29,317 nt of DNA, from positions 1 through 29,317 of the IMG/VR virus record IMGVR_UViG_3300030332_000794; one strand, given 5' to 3'. Shown in pieces: positions 1 through 9,711 of the stretch (position 1 is the stretch's first letter; every line of letters begins with the position of its first letter). Made by a program: the position numbers and the translations under genes. This DNA is from a virus (taxonomy: Duplodnaviria; Caudoviricetes). The notes under the pieces were generated by a model that made no database searches, had not been told where the DNA came from, and worked only from the letters and a program-made list of their open reading frames with translations.

Positions 1-2
1 TA

Positions 3-2969
3 AAGATAATTGACCAGTCAAAATTGTTTGTTTCTAAAGGTATGCCAGGAGCAAGAGGCTCTTCAAAGAAAATACCTATGTCTGATTATATTGCTGGTCT
101 TCCAAATAAATATCATGGGGATGGTTCTTTATGGGTGTCTTCTGAATTACTTGATAAAACAGCTGAAGCTATAGGTAGAGAACCAACATCTAATTTATCA
201 GCAAATATGAGAGAAGTGAAGAGTCGTGTAAGGTGGATAAGTAAAGAAGATGACTTCTCTAATTTAGAATATCCTAAAGCTGAAGAAGGCGATTTACTTG
301 AAGGCACTCACTATGTGGCTTTTAAATCTAATGAGTTTGTTCCAGAAGAAGACATATATATCACTGATGAAAATGATAATATCATATTATATACTGAGAG
401 AGATGGAAGACATATCTCTATAAGGGATGGCGATAATAATATATTTGATATGTTTGGTACTCTTGATGAGGCTAAAGAACCAGACGGAGGCAGTGGAGCT
501 TTCAAACTTAATGGCAGGGTTGCCACTGATATACTGACATTACCTGAGGAATCTAGGCGTATAATTAAAATACCAAAGCAACAAGGTCATAGTAGTGCAG
601 CTTTCCCATGGTTCTGGCTATCGCATTTGCACCATAGGGATTTTGATAATCTGCGGTTCTCCATAATGTCTAGGATGCTGAGTGTAGCTAGAAATAACAT
701 GGATATAATGTTTGCTACGAGACAAGACCCTCGCACTATGAGAGCTTTAATGGGGCAGTTTAAGTCTGATGGGCTGTCTATTATGAGTGAAGTAGATATG
801 TTATTAGAGCCCATACCGGGGCAGATGATTGAAGATGGGTTTATGCATCCTCATTTAGTAAAAGGTACGGTAGAGCCTATAAAGAATAGGATGCTTAAAG
901 AAAACTCATATAAAGGAAGACGTAGAGGTTTTGGCAGTTATCCTGTAATAAAATCAGATTTATCAAAAACCATTGTTAAGTCAAAAGATGGAGCAGTATT
1001 GAGTGCTGATGATGTGACTATGGTTAGGTTCTTGAAAGACTCATTAAATGTTACAGGATTCGGAAATGATCTTATAGAGAATATCAATGAAGCATTACGC
1101 ACTAATCCTAAGTATTTATTTGCTGGTAGATGGCCTACTTATTCTCCAAACAGTGTGTTCCTTGCTAGGGTTGAGAAAGTAATGCCACATGGACATGGTC
1201 ATGTTGTATGGTTTCACCCAGATACAGTTATAGGTAAGCTGCAGGGAGATCATGATGGTGATAATGCATTTCTATTAGCAATGTATTTTGGTAGAAATTA
1301 CTCTGATAGCAACATAGTGAATCTTATGAGGTCTAAAGAAATAAAACAGGCTTTTGAAGCTAGGGATCAATTTGTACGATTAGAGTACTTTGCTAAAAAA
1401 GGTGTAGGATACAAGGTTACTAAGAAATCTGATACATATATAACTGCTGGCAGAGTAGGAAGGGGACTCAATTCTCAAGGCATATTGATGAATGCTATAG
1501 ATTTCATGGAGAATATGTACTACAAAGATATGAAAATGGAGGTAGGAGGGCAAAAAATAGTAGTAAGAGACCCAGAAGGTTCTTCTATAGTGATGAAATA
1601 TGCTAAGCTTAATGATAATGTTACTCAAGAAATGCTTGCTGATTCAAAGATGGGCGTTCTCGTAGATAGAGATGGAAATAAATGGGAAAGCGGAGACAGA
1701 TATTTAATGACAAGTCCTATGATGGAGCTTCGCATACTTCTACAAGCTGCAGTAGACAATGCTAAAGAAGGGTTGCTTGCTGACTGGGGATTTATGGGGT
1801 ACAATTTTCTTATACCTAAGATATTTATTCAGGAGAATGGCTCTCCTATAGGCAGTAAGCAGTCTGTATCAATATCTTCATTAGTAAGAAGAGAATTAAT
1901 GTACAATGTTTTAAGACGTGGTGTTGATGAGAAGACTAAGAAGTCTCAGAGCATGGCTGATATGTTTGCATCAAGCAAAGATATGTTTGATTTAAACCAG
2001 ATGTCTGGAAAACAGCGTGGAGCTGAAATAATGAGGAGGGCTAATATAAGAAGAGTGAGGTTTGGCAATAATAGCAAGCTGTATAGAAATACAATGGATA
2101 TTAGTGACTTAACATTCAATAATAAACTAACAGCTATGGAACAGCTGATCTCTATACCACATGAGTCTATGGTGAAATATCAAGAGGCTAACCCAAATGA
2201 TAGTGTCTATGAGCATCCTTTTGGATATCATCCTAATAGATATGTTAGAGCAATCATGCAAACTCAAAAAGATTTATATACAATACAATCTCATGAAGCT
2301 AGATGGTATCCAGAAATAGGATGGGAGAAAGAAAAACAAGTTGGAAGGATATTTGCTAATAACGTGACAGGTGATTACCATAGAATAATGATGAATGCTA
2401 GGATGCACAAGGATATCACAAAAAGCAGAATTACAGCTGCTGGGTATCCATACCAAGAAGATATAATTAAATTCATTGATAAATGGTTAAATCATGGAGA
2501 TAAAAAGAAAGGCATCCCATCGTTCTTAGAACTATCAGAAGAACAACAAGCATATGCTACATTAAGATTTTTAAGAGGAACTATACAATTTTCTAATAAA
2601 ACTAAAGAAAAGATCACTAAACGTGAAGAATATTTAGGAAACTTGATTTTAAATTTAAGAGAGAAGTTGACTAAACCAGAGATATCTGAGAAAGAAAGAG
2701 AAAGAATTGAATCTAATATAGAAAAGCACAAGAATACTTTAGCAAAGAGTAGAGAGCCTTCGAGCTGGTTAAAGATGGGAAGAGCTCGAGATATAGAAAA
2801 GATTTTACCAATGCCCTTAATGCACCCCGGTGTATGGTCTGAGTTTATTAACAGATTTGGCCCTAACTTAAGGGAAGCATCTCAGGAGAAAGTAACTTTA
2901 AGTGCAGACGCTAGGTATGAAGAGCATAATGATAAGACATATGAACAGTTAATGAAAGGCTGTAAATGA
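3..2969 (+). CDS. Giant two-barrel (double-psi beta-barrel) RNA polymerase, probably virion-associated; 5'-truncated
   Basis: Frame is open from base 3 (KIIDQSKLFV...), so the TTG at 24 is not the true start. GRWPT (R at 1128)...WFHP...LQGDHDGD (DHDGD at 1248-1262) parallels beta' NRAPTLH...LHP...NADFDGD. DGSLWVS (~120) and AAVDNAKEG (~1746-1772) resemble cellular RdRP/crAss-RNAP motifs. Confidence 0.85.
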   Translation, partial: KIIDQSKLFVSKGMPGARGSSKKIPMSDYIAGLPNKYHGDGSLWVSSELLDKTAEAIGREPTSNLSANMREVKSRVRWISKEDDFSNLEYPKAEEGDLLEGTHYVAFKSNEFVPEEDIYITDENDNIILYTERDGRHISIRDGDNNIFDMFGTLDEAKEPDGGSGAFKLNGRVATDILTLPEESRRIIKIPKQQGHSSAAFPWFWLSHLHHRDFDNLRFSIMSRMLSVARNNMDIMFATRQDPRTMRALMGQFKSDGLSIMSEVDMLLEPIPGQMIEDGFMHPHLVKGTVEPIKNRMLKENSYKGRRRGFGSYPVIKSDLSKTIVKSKDGAVLSADDVTMVRFLKDSLNVTGFGNDLIENINEALRTNPKYLFAGRWPTYSPNSVFLARVEKVMPHGHGHVVWFHPDTVIGKLQGDHDGDNAFLLAMYFGRNYSDSNIVNLMRSKEIKQAFEARDQFVRLEYFAKKGVGYKVTKKSDTYITAGRVGRGLNSQGILMNAIDFMENMYYKDMKMEVGGQKIVVRDPEGSSIVMKYAKLNDNVTQEMLADSKMGVLVDRDGNKWESGDRYLMTSPMMELRILLQAAVDNAKEGLLADWGFMGYNFLIPKIFIQENGSPIGSKQSVSISSLVRRELMYNVLRRGVDEKTKKSQSMADMFASSKDMFDLNQMSGKQRGAEIMRRANIRRVRFGNNSKLYRNTMDISDLTFNNKLTAMEQLISIPHESMVKYQEANPNDSVYEHPFGYHPNRYVRAIMQTQKDLYTIQSHEARWYPEIGWEKEKQVGRIFANNVTGDYHRIMMNARMHKDITKSRITAAGYPYQEDIIKFIDKWLNHGDKKKGIPSFLELSEEQQAYATLRFLRGTIQFSNKTKEKITKREEYLGNLILNLREKLTKPEISEKERERIESNIEKHKNTLAKSREPSSWLKMGRARDIEKILPMPLMHPGVWSEFINRFGPNLREASQEKVTLSADARYEEHNDKTYEQLMKGCK

Positions 2970-5900
2970 GTTATTGTGACGACAAGAAATTTGTAGTTGA
3001 ATTGACTAAAGAAGTGAGGTCTGCTTTAGAGGCTGATCTTCAATCAGGCATAGAGGATATGATTGAAATACCTATAGACAAGTCTGAAATGTTCATTGAA
3101 TGGGAAGGTAAGCCAGCAGTAGATGTTAAGAAATCTGTTAAGAAAGAAAAAGAAAGATATGATGAGCATACTAAGTTATATAATTATTTGCTTGAAACTA
3201 GCAAAAAACACTTATATGAAAGCAATAATCCGTTCATAATACCTGCTGAAGCTATAGATTTGAGATTAAAATGGATACAAGGAGTATTTCAAGAAGCATA
3301 TTTTCAGTCTACATTTAAAGATAGGCGTAATGTATATATGTCTGGCTTAAATAACCATGATAAGTGGGATGCCGGAAAGATACGATATATAAGACACAAA
3401 ATACAGGGATGGGAAAAACATGCTGAATTAGAAGGTAAGGGTCTTAGTAACTATGAGAATACTGTAAAAAAACCTATTATCGTAGCGAGGTCTCTTGACC
3501 CTAAGGGATATGCTGCTGAACTTGTAAAAATGACAGAAGAATTACTTGACTCTTACTTACAACGTGGATACCCATGGAAAGTAAGTATTATTGATCCCAT
3601 AACTGGAGAAAAGAATCCTATTGCTTTAGATAATATAGATAGACGTATAAGTGGGATAAGCGCAAGAGGAAGCGTTCAGGGGATGACTCAGCAACAAAGC
3701 ACTATGGCTGCTGTGCAATTATCAGAAGAGCTTCTTCATAGTGAAGTAAGAAATATTATACCTAGAGATATACCTACTGATCCTAAAGAGTTTATTAAAT
3801 GGCGTAACTCTTGGAAGGGCAAGCGTTTCTTTGAGCAGATTTCTGTTGGTGAATCTGAAAGGCACGAGATTGGTATCGATGGTTCAAGATATGTTATGAT
3901 ACCTCTCCATCCAGATAAAGTTGGAAAGAAACTATTAAGGCAACACCGTAAAGGGCAAATAAAAGAAGGTATTCTTTCTAAAGGATCAGACCCAGGAGAG
4001 AATGAAAATGCATACCTAGTATATAGAATACCTGATAATGTAGGTGATTTCTTTGATGATATAAGAAAAAATAATCTTATTACAGAAGAAAAATTAAAAA
4101 AACATTTAATTCCTACTGAACTAGAAGAAGGGTTATTTACAGCTCAAGAGCATAAAGTATTTAAATATGAACAGATGCCTAATAGTTTTGCTCCAAAGAG
4201 AAAGTATGCTGACTGGCGACGTGGAGTTCAATTTAATGACCAAACTTATGAGCCTCCTAGCAGTTGGATGCCTGAGATGTGGGAATCTCTTAAAATGCAG
4301 AGAGATTGGAATGAGATTATATTTAATAAACTGTTAAAAAATGATTTTAAAGAAGCTTTATCAGAGCTTCAGTATTTTATGAAAACTGTTAATAACCAGC
4401 TTGTAAAAGCAGGATGGAATGTTGAAGATATAGAAAATATGATGGAGGGTATTAACAGTATGGGAGGATTGCTGTACAATATTCATGAAGACAGTGAGGG
4501 CAACTTTATGACTTCCAATATGTATGCTAGAAAGGCTTCTAAATGGAGCTATGGTCATATAAGGTTTGAAGAGCCAATATACCAAAGCATGCTGGAAGAA
4601 GCCTATCATACTATACAAACTGCATACTTACCTGAAATGGAGGCTCAGTTAGCTGTCGACTATAATATATTAGCAAGTGAAGAGGCTAATGAAGCTGAGA
4701 AAGCAGAATCTCTTGAGCGAATATCTGAAATAGAAAACAAAAAGAATTTTTATGAAGAAATGTCAGCAAATATGGAAAAACGCTTATACAATGAATCTGA
4801 TGGAGATGCTGATACAAATGAAATGGTTCTTGCAGGCAGGATACTAGCTACAAAAGCAAGAACATTATTCACAGACCATAAACAAAGAAGAAAAGATAGG
4901 TCTGTAAATCCAGAGTATGTCGACCAAGCTTCTAGAACAATAGAGATTATGAGAGTAAGGACTCAATTACTTAAAACTGTAATGGCTTTACAGCATAACC
5001 CTAAACTTGCTGAATATCTAGTGGATCAAACAAAAGCAGCTTCTGGAGATGCTGATATACAAGCGGGACTTTTAGGCTTAAAGTATGGTGATGAACGAAT
5101 AGCTAAGATGCTTCCAGATAGATGGGATATCGAGGCTGTAAGAACCTCAGGTTTAATGTACAGAGGATATAGAACTGGGGCCAATTTAGGTATGTGGACT
5201 TCCGTTCCTAATAATATGCAAAGAATTACTGGGGTTATTAACTATGGAGCTAAGCCTGTGTTCAGCGCAATGAGAGCTCTTAGCTATGGAGACCCTGTTG
5301 GAAATTTTACTGTAGAGCAGCTTCGTGAACAGGTCGAAGAAACTGGAGTACTACATCCAGGAAATGCGTTTGTTGATATGCTCACTTTGGGTATGGACTT
5401 AGGAGGGGATTCAGATTGGAAAGAAGGTGTACTTCCATTAATAGATATAGCTAGATTATTTAAAACATTAACTCTTGATAAGTGGTTAGACCAAAGTAAG
5501 TCATGGGATAAGATGTTATCTACAGCAAGGTTTAGGGCGACACAAGGTGAGATAATACAGGTTAAGGAGTTGAGAAGAGTAAAATCTGAATTATATGAGA
5601 TAGTCCATGGTTCTTTTAAAGATAATAAAAGAGAACAGGCTAGATTAGAGAAAAGATTATTAGATTTAAAATTGGGATTAACTCAAGCTCATATTAACAG
5701 GCTTGTAAGATGGAAGTTAGAATACTTTCCGCTTACTGTTGCTGAATCAATTTTCACTATGAAAGGTAGTGAAGAAAGAATGAGGTCTGAATTTGCTTAT
5801 ATGGGGTTTGTAGAAGCTTACAATCAAGGTAGAGTAAATGTGCCTGAAACTGGAGAATGGAAATATACTGATTCTCCAGATGCTGTAGATATGGCAAGGC

Positions 5901-6676
5901 TGTATGTATATATGAATTTATTTGGCATGACAAAGGTTATCGCTCCTAAAATGATGAGAGGAGCAGTCGGAGGTTCAGCATTCCAATGGAGACAATATGA
6001 TTATAATGAGATTATTGTAGAAATGGAAGTTTTGAGAGCTGCCGCTTTATCGCCAGAGTATGCTGAATCTAATGCTGCTCTTGGTTGGGGAGTTCTTCCA
6101 TTTAGAGTCAGTCTTCAGGTTGCAAAGAAGATGATAAGAGGTGGGACTCATTCAGCTAGGTTGCTTGGAGTGCCTAAAGAAAGAGTATTGTATTGGCAAA
6201 AGATGATACGGATGAATAAAGAACATGATGATAAAAATCTAGACAGAGCAACTACGTTTTTACTGACAAGGGGATTAGCATCACTTGCTTCTAAAGCACT
6301 ATATTTTAATTTCGCTCCTTATACTGTAATGAAATCGGTTAGCACATTATTGCGGACAGCTTTTAGGGATAAAACAAGGGTAAGAGGATTAATGGGACTT
6401 GAAAGCCCTCTTATTTCGAGAGCATTGACAATAGCTATTATTACTGCTATGGCTGCTGGATTGATGAGAAGTGGGGAAGATGACGAAATAGAAGACTTTA
6501 TAAGAGATTGGTTGCCAATCGAGATACTTACATTATATTTATGGTTGGCTGATTTTGGAGAAAACATATACAGAGGAGCTAAACCGTATCTGCCTACCCC
6601 TGTAAGGGAACTGGCTCCCGGCGCTCCGGGTATGGATGAAGCTTACGAGATGCTAGACGACTTTATGTCATTCTAA
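2966..6676 (+). CDS. Large helical protein, probable internal virion/DNA ejection protein
   Basis: 1236-aa ORF whose start overlaps the RNAP stop; last gene of the + operon. The C-terminal region (AVDMARLYVYMNLF...P.MMRG..G.SAFQWRQY plus hydrophobic segments) resembles podoviral ejection/large polyvalent proteins. Function inferred. Confidence 0.6.
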   Translation: MSYCDDKKFVVELTKEVRSALEADLQSGIEDMIEIPIDKSEMFIEWEGKPAVDVKKSVKKEKERYDEHTKLYNYLLETSKKHLYESNNPFIIPAEAIDLRLKWIQGVFQEAYFQSTFKDRRNVYMSGLNNHDKWDAGKIRYIRHKIQGWEKHAELEGKGLSNYENTVKKPIIVARSLDPKGYAAELVKMTEELLDSYLQRGYPWKVSIIDPITGEKNPIALDNIDRRISGISARGSVQGMTQQQSTMAAVQLSEELLHSEVRNIIPRDIPTDPKEFIKWRNSWKGKRFFEQISVGESERHEIGIDGSRYVMIPLHPDKVGKKLLRQHRKGQIKEGILSKGSDPGENENAYLVYRIPDNVGDFFDDIRKNNLITEEKLKKHLIPTELEEGLFTAQEHKVFKYEQMPNSFAPKRKYADWRRGVQFNDQTYEPPSSWMPEMWESLKMQRDWNEIIFNKLLKNDFKEALSELQYFMKTVNNQLVKAGWNVEDIENMMEGINSMGGLLYNIHEDSEGNFMTSNMYARKASKWSYGHIRFEEPIYQSMLEEAYHTIQTAYLPEMEAQLAVDYNILASEEANEAEKAESLERISEIENKKNFYEEMSANMEKRLYNESDGDADTNEMVLAGRILATKARTLFTDHKQRRKDRSVNPEYVDQASRTIEIMRVRTQLLKTVMALQHNPKLAEYLVDQTKAASGDADIQAGLLGLKYGDERIAKMLPDRWDIEAVRTSGLMYRGYRTGANLGMWTSVPNNMQRITGVINYGAKPVFSAMRALSYGDPVGNFTVEQLREQVEETGVLHPGNAFVDMLTLGMDLGGDSDWKEGVLPLIDIARLFKTLTLDKWLDQSKSWDKMLSTARFRATQGEIIQVKELRRVKSELYEIVHGSFKDNKREQARLEKRLLDLKLGLTQAHINRLVRWKLEYFPLTVAESIFTMKGSEERMRSEFAYMGFVEAYNQGRVNVPETGEWKYTDSPDAVDMARLYVYMNLFGMTKVIAPKMMRGAVGGSAFQWRQYDYNEIIVEMEVLRAAALSPEYAESNAALGWGVLPFRVSLQVAKKMIRGGTHSARLLGVPKERVLYWQKMIRMNKEHDDKNLDRATTFLLTRGLASLASKALYFNFAPYTVMKSVSTLLRTAFRDKTRVRGLMGLESPLISRALTIAIITAMAAGLMRSGEDDEIEDFIRDWLPIEILTLYLWLADFGENIYRGAKPYLPTPVRELAPGAPGMDEAYEMLDDFMSF

Positions 6677-6720
6677 AAAAAACGAGGCGAGCAACAGTTT
6701 GTTAAGCTGCTACCCGCCTC
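6675..6720 (-). terminator. Rho-independent terminator ending the leftward arm
   Basis: Minus strand GAGGCGGGTAGCAG-cttaacaaa-CTGTTGCTCGCCTC (14 bp, 3 G-U pairs that work only on the minus strand) followed by G and T8. Confidence 0.85.
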
Positions 6721-6742
6721 TAGCCCGTTAACCACAAGTAGG

Positions 6743-6856
6743 CTAATTCAAGAGCTTAGTTAGTTTATGTATTTCGGTATTAAGTTTCTTTAACAGTTGT
6801 GATATCTCGTATATAATTTCTTTTAAAATAGGGTCGATATGTTTCTTCTTATTCAT
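6743..6856 (-). CDS. Small hypothetical protein (37 aa, amphipathic helix)
   Basis: Not in ORF track: MNKKKHIDPILKEIIYEISQLLKKLNTEIHKLTKLLN; G-rich RBS, overlaps upstream stop, fills the gap before the terminator. Confidence 0.6.
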   Translation of the reverse strand: MNKKKHIDPILKEIIYEISQLLKKLNTEIHKLTKLLN

Positions 6857-7076
6857 CTATCCCACCCCCTATTTCAAAATAGATTTTATACACTCCCAAT
6901 TTTATGCATGATCTATAGCTAGATAGGTGTAGTTCAAACCATAATATTGACGATAGTATATCAACAGCATATACTAGTTGTACAATAAATGCTTTGATTA
7001 TGTAGTGTTCGATTTTTATTAGAGGCTCTAAGTTGAAATCCCATTTTTTCTCTATATCAACTTTCTTCACTGCCAT
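6849..7076 (-). CDS. Hypothetical protein (75 aa)
   Basis: Likely start MAVKK at 7076 with AAGGAG RBS (ORF track starts at 7109). Confidence 0.7.
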   Translation of the reverse strand: MAVKKVDIEKKWDFNLEPLIKIEHYIIKAFIVQLVYAVDILSSILWFELHLSSYRSCIKLGVYKIYFEIGGGIDE

Positions 7077-7551
7077 TTTTTCTCCTTTCTTGTTCCATAT
7101 AGAGTCCATACATTGCTATTAGTATGGCATCTGAGTTGTACAGTGTGACTCTTTTATCTGTGTAATGTGAGGCCATCTCCTTTAATGACCGTTTACGTTC
7201 TTGTTTTTCTTTAGGTAGTTTTATATTTAGTTTATCCTGCCAGTATTTCATCCACTTCTGAGGACTCATTAATACTGTGCGTACTTTATATGCTGCTAGT
7301 ATTCCCTGCCATTGTCCATAGTTCTGTCCAAACTTAAATAATGAAGACCTTCCATCATGAGGCATTGCGTGTACTAGCTCTAAGTAAGCTACCGCTCTCA
7401 TATTTTTATCTACATATTCAGAATTTTTGGATGTTCTGATAATGTCTGCCATTCCTTCTGTTGTCTTTGGACACTTTACAATAGTGTGAAGTCCATTACG
7501 CCAAATAGCCACTCCACCACTCTTACCCGGGTCTATTCCTATTATTGTCAT
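7057..7551 (-). CDS. RuvC-like Holliday junction resolvase
   Basis: N-terminal IIGIDPGKSGGVA, YLE, FKFGQNYG, PQKW and DAILIA are typical phage RuvC-fold motifs. Confidence 0.85.
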   Translation of the reverse strand: MTIIGIDPGKSGGVAIWRNGLHTIVKCPKTTEGMADIIRTSKNSEYVDKNMRAVAYLELVHAMPHDGRSSLFKFGQNYGQWQGILAAYKVRTVLMSPQKWMKYWQDKLNIKLPKEKQERKRSLKEMASHYTDKRVTLYNSDAILIAMYGLYMEQERRKNGSEES

Positions 7552-8870
7552 TTTACATCATCCGTTTCTGCCATATCTGAGTTCATATAGAATTTGCATC
7601 TGCCACCATTAAAGCCTATCATGTGAGTGCCAATTTTACCATACCTACTCTTAGATACTATTATTTCGCTTTTATATGGGGAGTATCTTTCACTGTCGAA
7701 GTTATGACCATAGAATACAAACATTGCAGATTCAGCTGTTTGTTCTATTACACCAGATTCAGCATAATCGCTCATTCTGGGCCTTGGGTCTAACCTCCTT
7801 TCAATTTCCCTATTCAGTTGCGAAACTAATATAGCACTGCAGTCTTCTTGTTTGCATATCCACTTATATTCCTGCATTATTTTCTCTATCTCGAACCTTC
7901 TGCCTTCTCTCACTCCATTGACATCAATCAGTTGGATATAATCATCTATAATAACATCGGGTTTGTATCTTGATATCTCTCTTAGACATTCTGACAGCCC
8001 TCTAATGTTGTCATACATCATAAAGCTGCCATAATCTTTCTTTATTTTATTAGATGTGGATTCAAACTCTTTCTTGTTAGTCTCTGATAGGTCATTTCGT
8101 CTTATATTACCGTATTCTAAGCTACTACTTTCCATTACTACCATCTTCTTCAACATTTCTGTGTTGCTCATCTCTCGATTAAATAACATTACTCTGTATC
8201 CTTGCTTAACTAACCCCTTTACCATATTGATTACTAGAGTAGTTTTGCCATGTCCCGGCCTGCCTCCTAATACAGTTATTTCCTTTCTTGTCATTCCACC
8301 AGCAAACATATCAAGATGTGCTAAATTAAATGGGATAAGATTAGAGTCTTCTTTTACTACAGATTTCATCTCTTCCACTAAGTCTTCTATATCTTTTATC
8401 TTAGATGGTTGTATCTGTCTCAGTTCATTTATGAGTTTACTGTGTTCTTCTAGTATGTTCCCCACTTTCGTATAGTCTTCATAACTTGCATTAACAAGGT
8501 TGTGAGCTGATTTAGCAGTCTCTCTTTGTATGTATCTTTCCCAAACAATTCTTGCATATTCTTCTACATTTGCGGTTGACGGTATAGACTCTACTAATCC
8601 AGTAATATAGTATGCCATGCTTTCACCTTTGACATCTTTTACTTTATCATTTAGAGTTATGAAGTCTATTGTTATTTGGTTTTTGTATAGTTCCTTTACA
8701 GCTTGCCATATTATTTTATTATCATCTTTATAAAATGCATCATCTTCCCTTACCCAAGCCATTCCTATCTCATGCTCTCTTGCTCCACCATTTATCATAC
8801 ATCCTAATAAAGCTTGTTCAGCTTCATCTGAATGTGGGAGTAGTTTTATTTCTCCGTTTGTATTTTCCAT
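7548..8870 (-). CDS. dnaB: DnaB-like replicative helicase
   Basis: LPHSDEAEQALLG N-domain, Walker A GGRPGHGKT, IIDDYIQL, SQLNR, ESGVIEQTA, KSRYG. Confidence 0.95.
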   Translation of the reverse strand: MENTNGEIKLLPHSDEAEQALLGCMINGGAREHEIGMAWVREDDAFYKDDNKIIWQAVKELYKNQITIDFITLNDKVKDVKGESMAYYITGLVESIPSTANVEEYARIVWERYIQRETAKSAHNLVNASYEDYTKVGNILEEHSKLINELRQIQPSKIKDIEDLVEEMKSVVKEDSNLIPFNLAHLDMFAGGMTRKEITVLGGRPGHGKTTLVINMVKGLVKQGYRVMLFNREMSNTEMLKKMVVMESSSLEYGNIRRNDLSETNKKEFESTSNKIKKDYGSFMMYDNIRGLSECLREISRYKPDVIIDDYIQLIDVNGVREGRRFEIEKIMQEYKWICKQEDCSAILVSQLNREIERRLDPRPRMSDYAESGVIEQTAESAMFVFYGHNFDSERYSPYKSEIIVSKSRYGKIGTHMIGFNGGRCKFYMNSDMAETDDVK

Positions 8871-8871
8871 T

Positions 8872-9711
8872 TTATTCCTCCTGAAATAATTGAAATTGTG
8901 TATTTGGTTCGTAGTTCATTATAACATATTCTTTTCTTTCTATGTCTCTTGATTTCTTTGTTGCCCCACTATATCTCAGTTTTATTGTTTTTAAGTTATA
9001 TTTAGAATACAACTCTTTTACTTCATCTCTATGATCGTAACTAATCATAAAGTTTGCTCCACCGCTGTCGATCTTATCAACGTATTCTTTTAGTCTAATA
9101 TGATCTTCAGCGTCAAAGTTATTCATATAGTAGTTGCCTTTATCTGTAGCTATGAAATAAGGTGGGTCTAAGTACCAAAAGTCTCCTTCTTTTGGGTTGT
9201 ATTTATCTACTAATGTAGCGAAATCGAGGTTCTCTATTGTAGTTCCGCCTATATGCATCTTTGAATATTCAAGTTCATCTCTCCAGTTCTTGTTCATATC
9301 CTTGTTCATTGAGAACGGTGTATGTACAAGTTTATTGAAACTATGTCTTATACAATAGAGGTACTTAGCTGCTTGTAAAGAGTCTGGAATTACTATATCC
9401 TTTTTCTCCTTAATACCCTCCCTGAAATCTAAGAATAATTTTCTCGATTTAGGAAGCCAATTTAGGTAATAGATAAGCATATCAATGTCTTCTATCACGG
9501 ACATATATAGGTTAACAATATTATTGTCAATATCATTAACTACATTCCAAGATACTTTAGTCTTCCTAAAGAACATTGATAGACCCCCAGCAAATATTTC
9601 AATATATCTTTCATGGTGGGGTATGAGCGGAACAAGTATTTTGCTCAGCTCATACTTTCCACCATAATAAGGTATCACTATAGGGCAATCATACCAATCA
9701 AGGCTAGGCAC
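8872..9711 (-). CDS. DNA adenine methyltransferase (Dam/D12 class), orphan
   Basis: PYYGGK, EIFAGG, NDID, YLDPPY motifs. Likely GTG start at 9711 overlapping the upstream stop (track starts at 9753). Confidence 0.9.
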   Translation of the reverse strand: MPSLDWYDCPIVIPYYGGKYELSKILVPLIPHHERYIEIFAGGLSMFFRKTKVSWNVVNDIDNNIVNLYMSVIEDIDMLIYYLNWLPKSRKLFLDFREGIKEKKDIVIPDSLQAAKYLYCIRHSFNKLVHTPFSMNKDMNKNWRDELEYSKMHIGGTTIENLDFATLVDKYNPKEGDFWYLDPPYFIATDKGNYYMNNFDAEDHIRLKEYVDKIDSGGANFMISYDHRDEVKELYSKYNLKTIKLRYSGATKKSRDIERKEYVIMNYEPNTQFQLFQEE

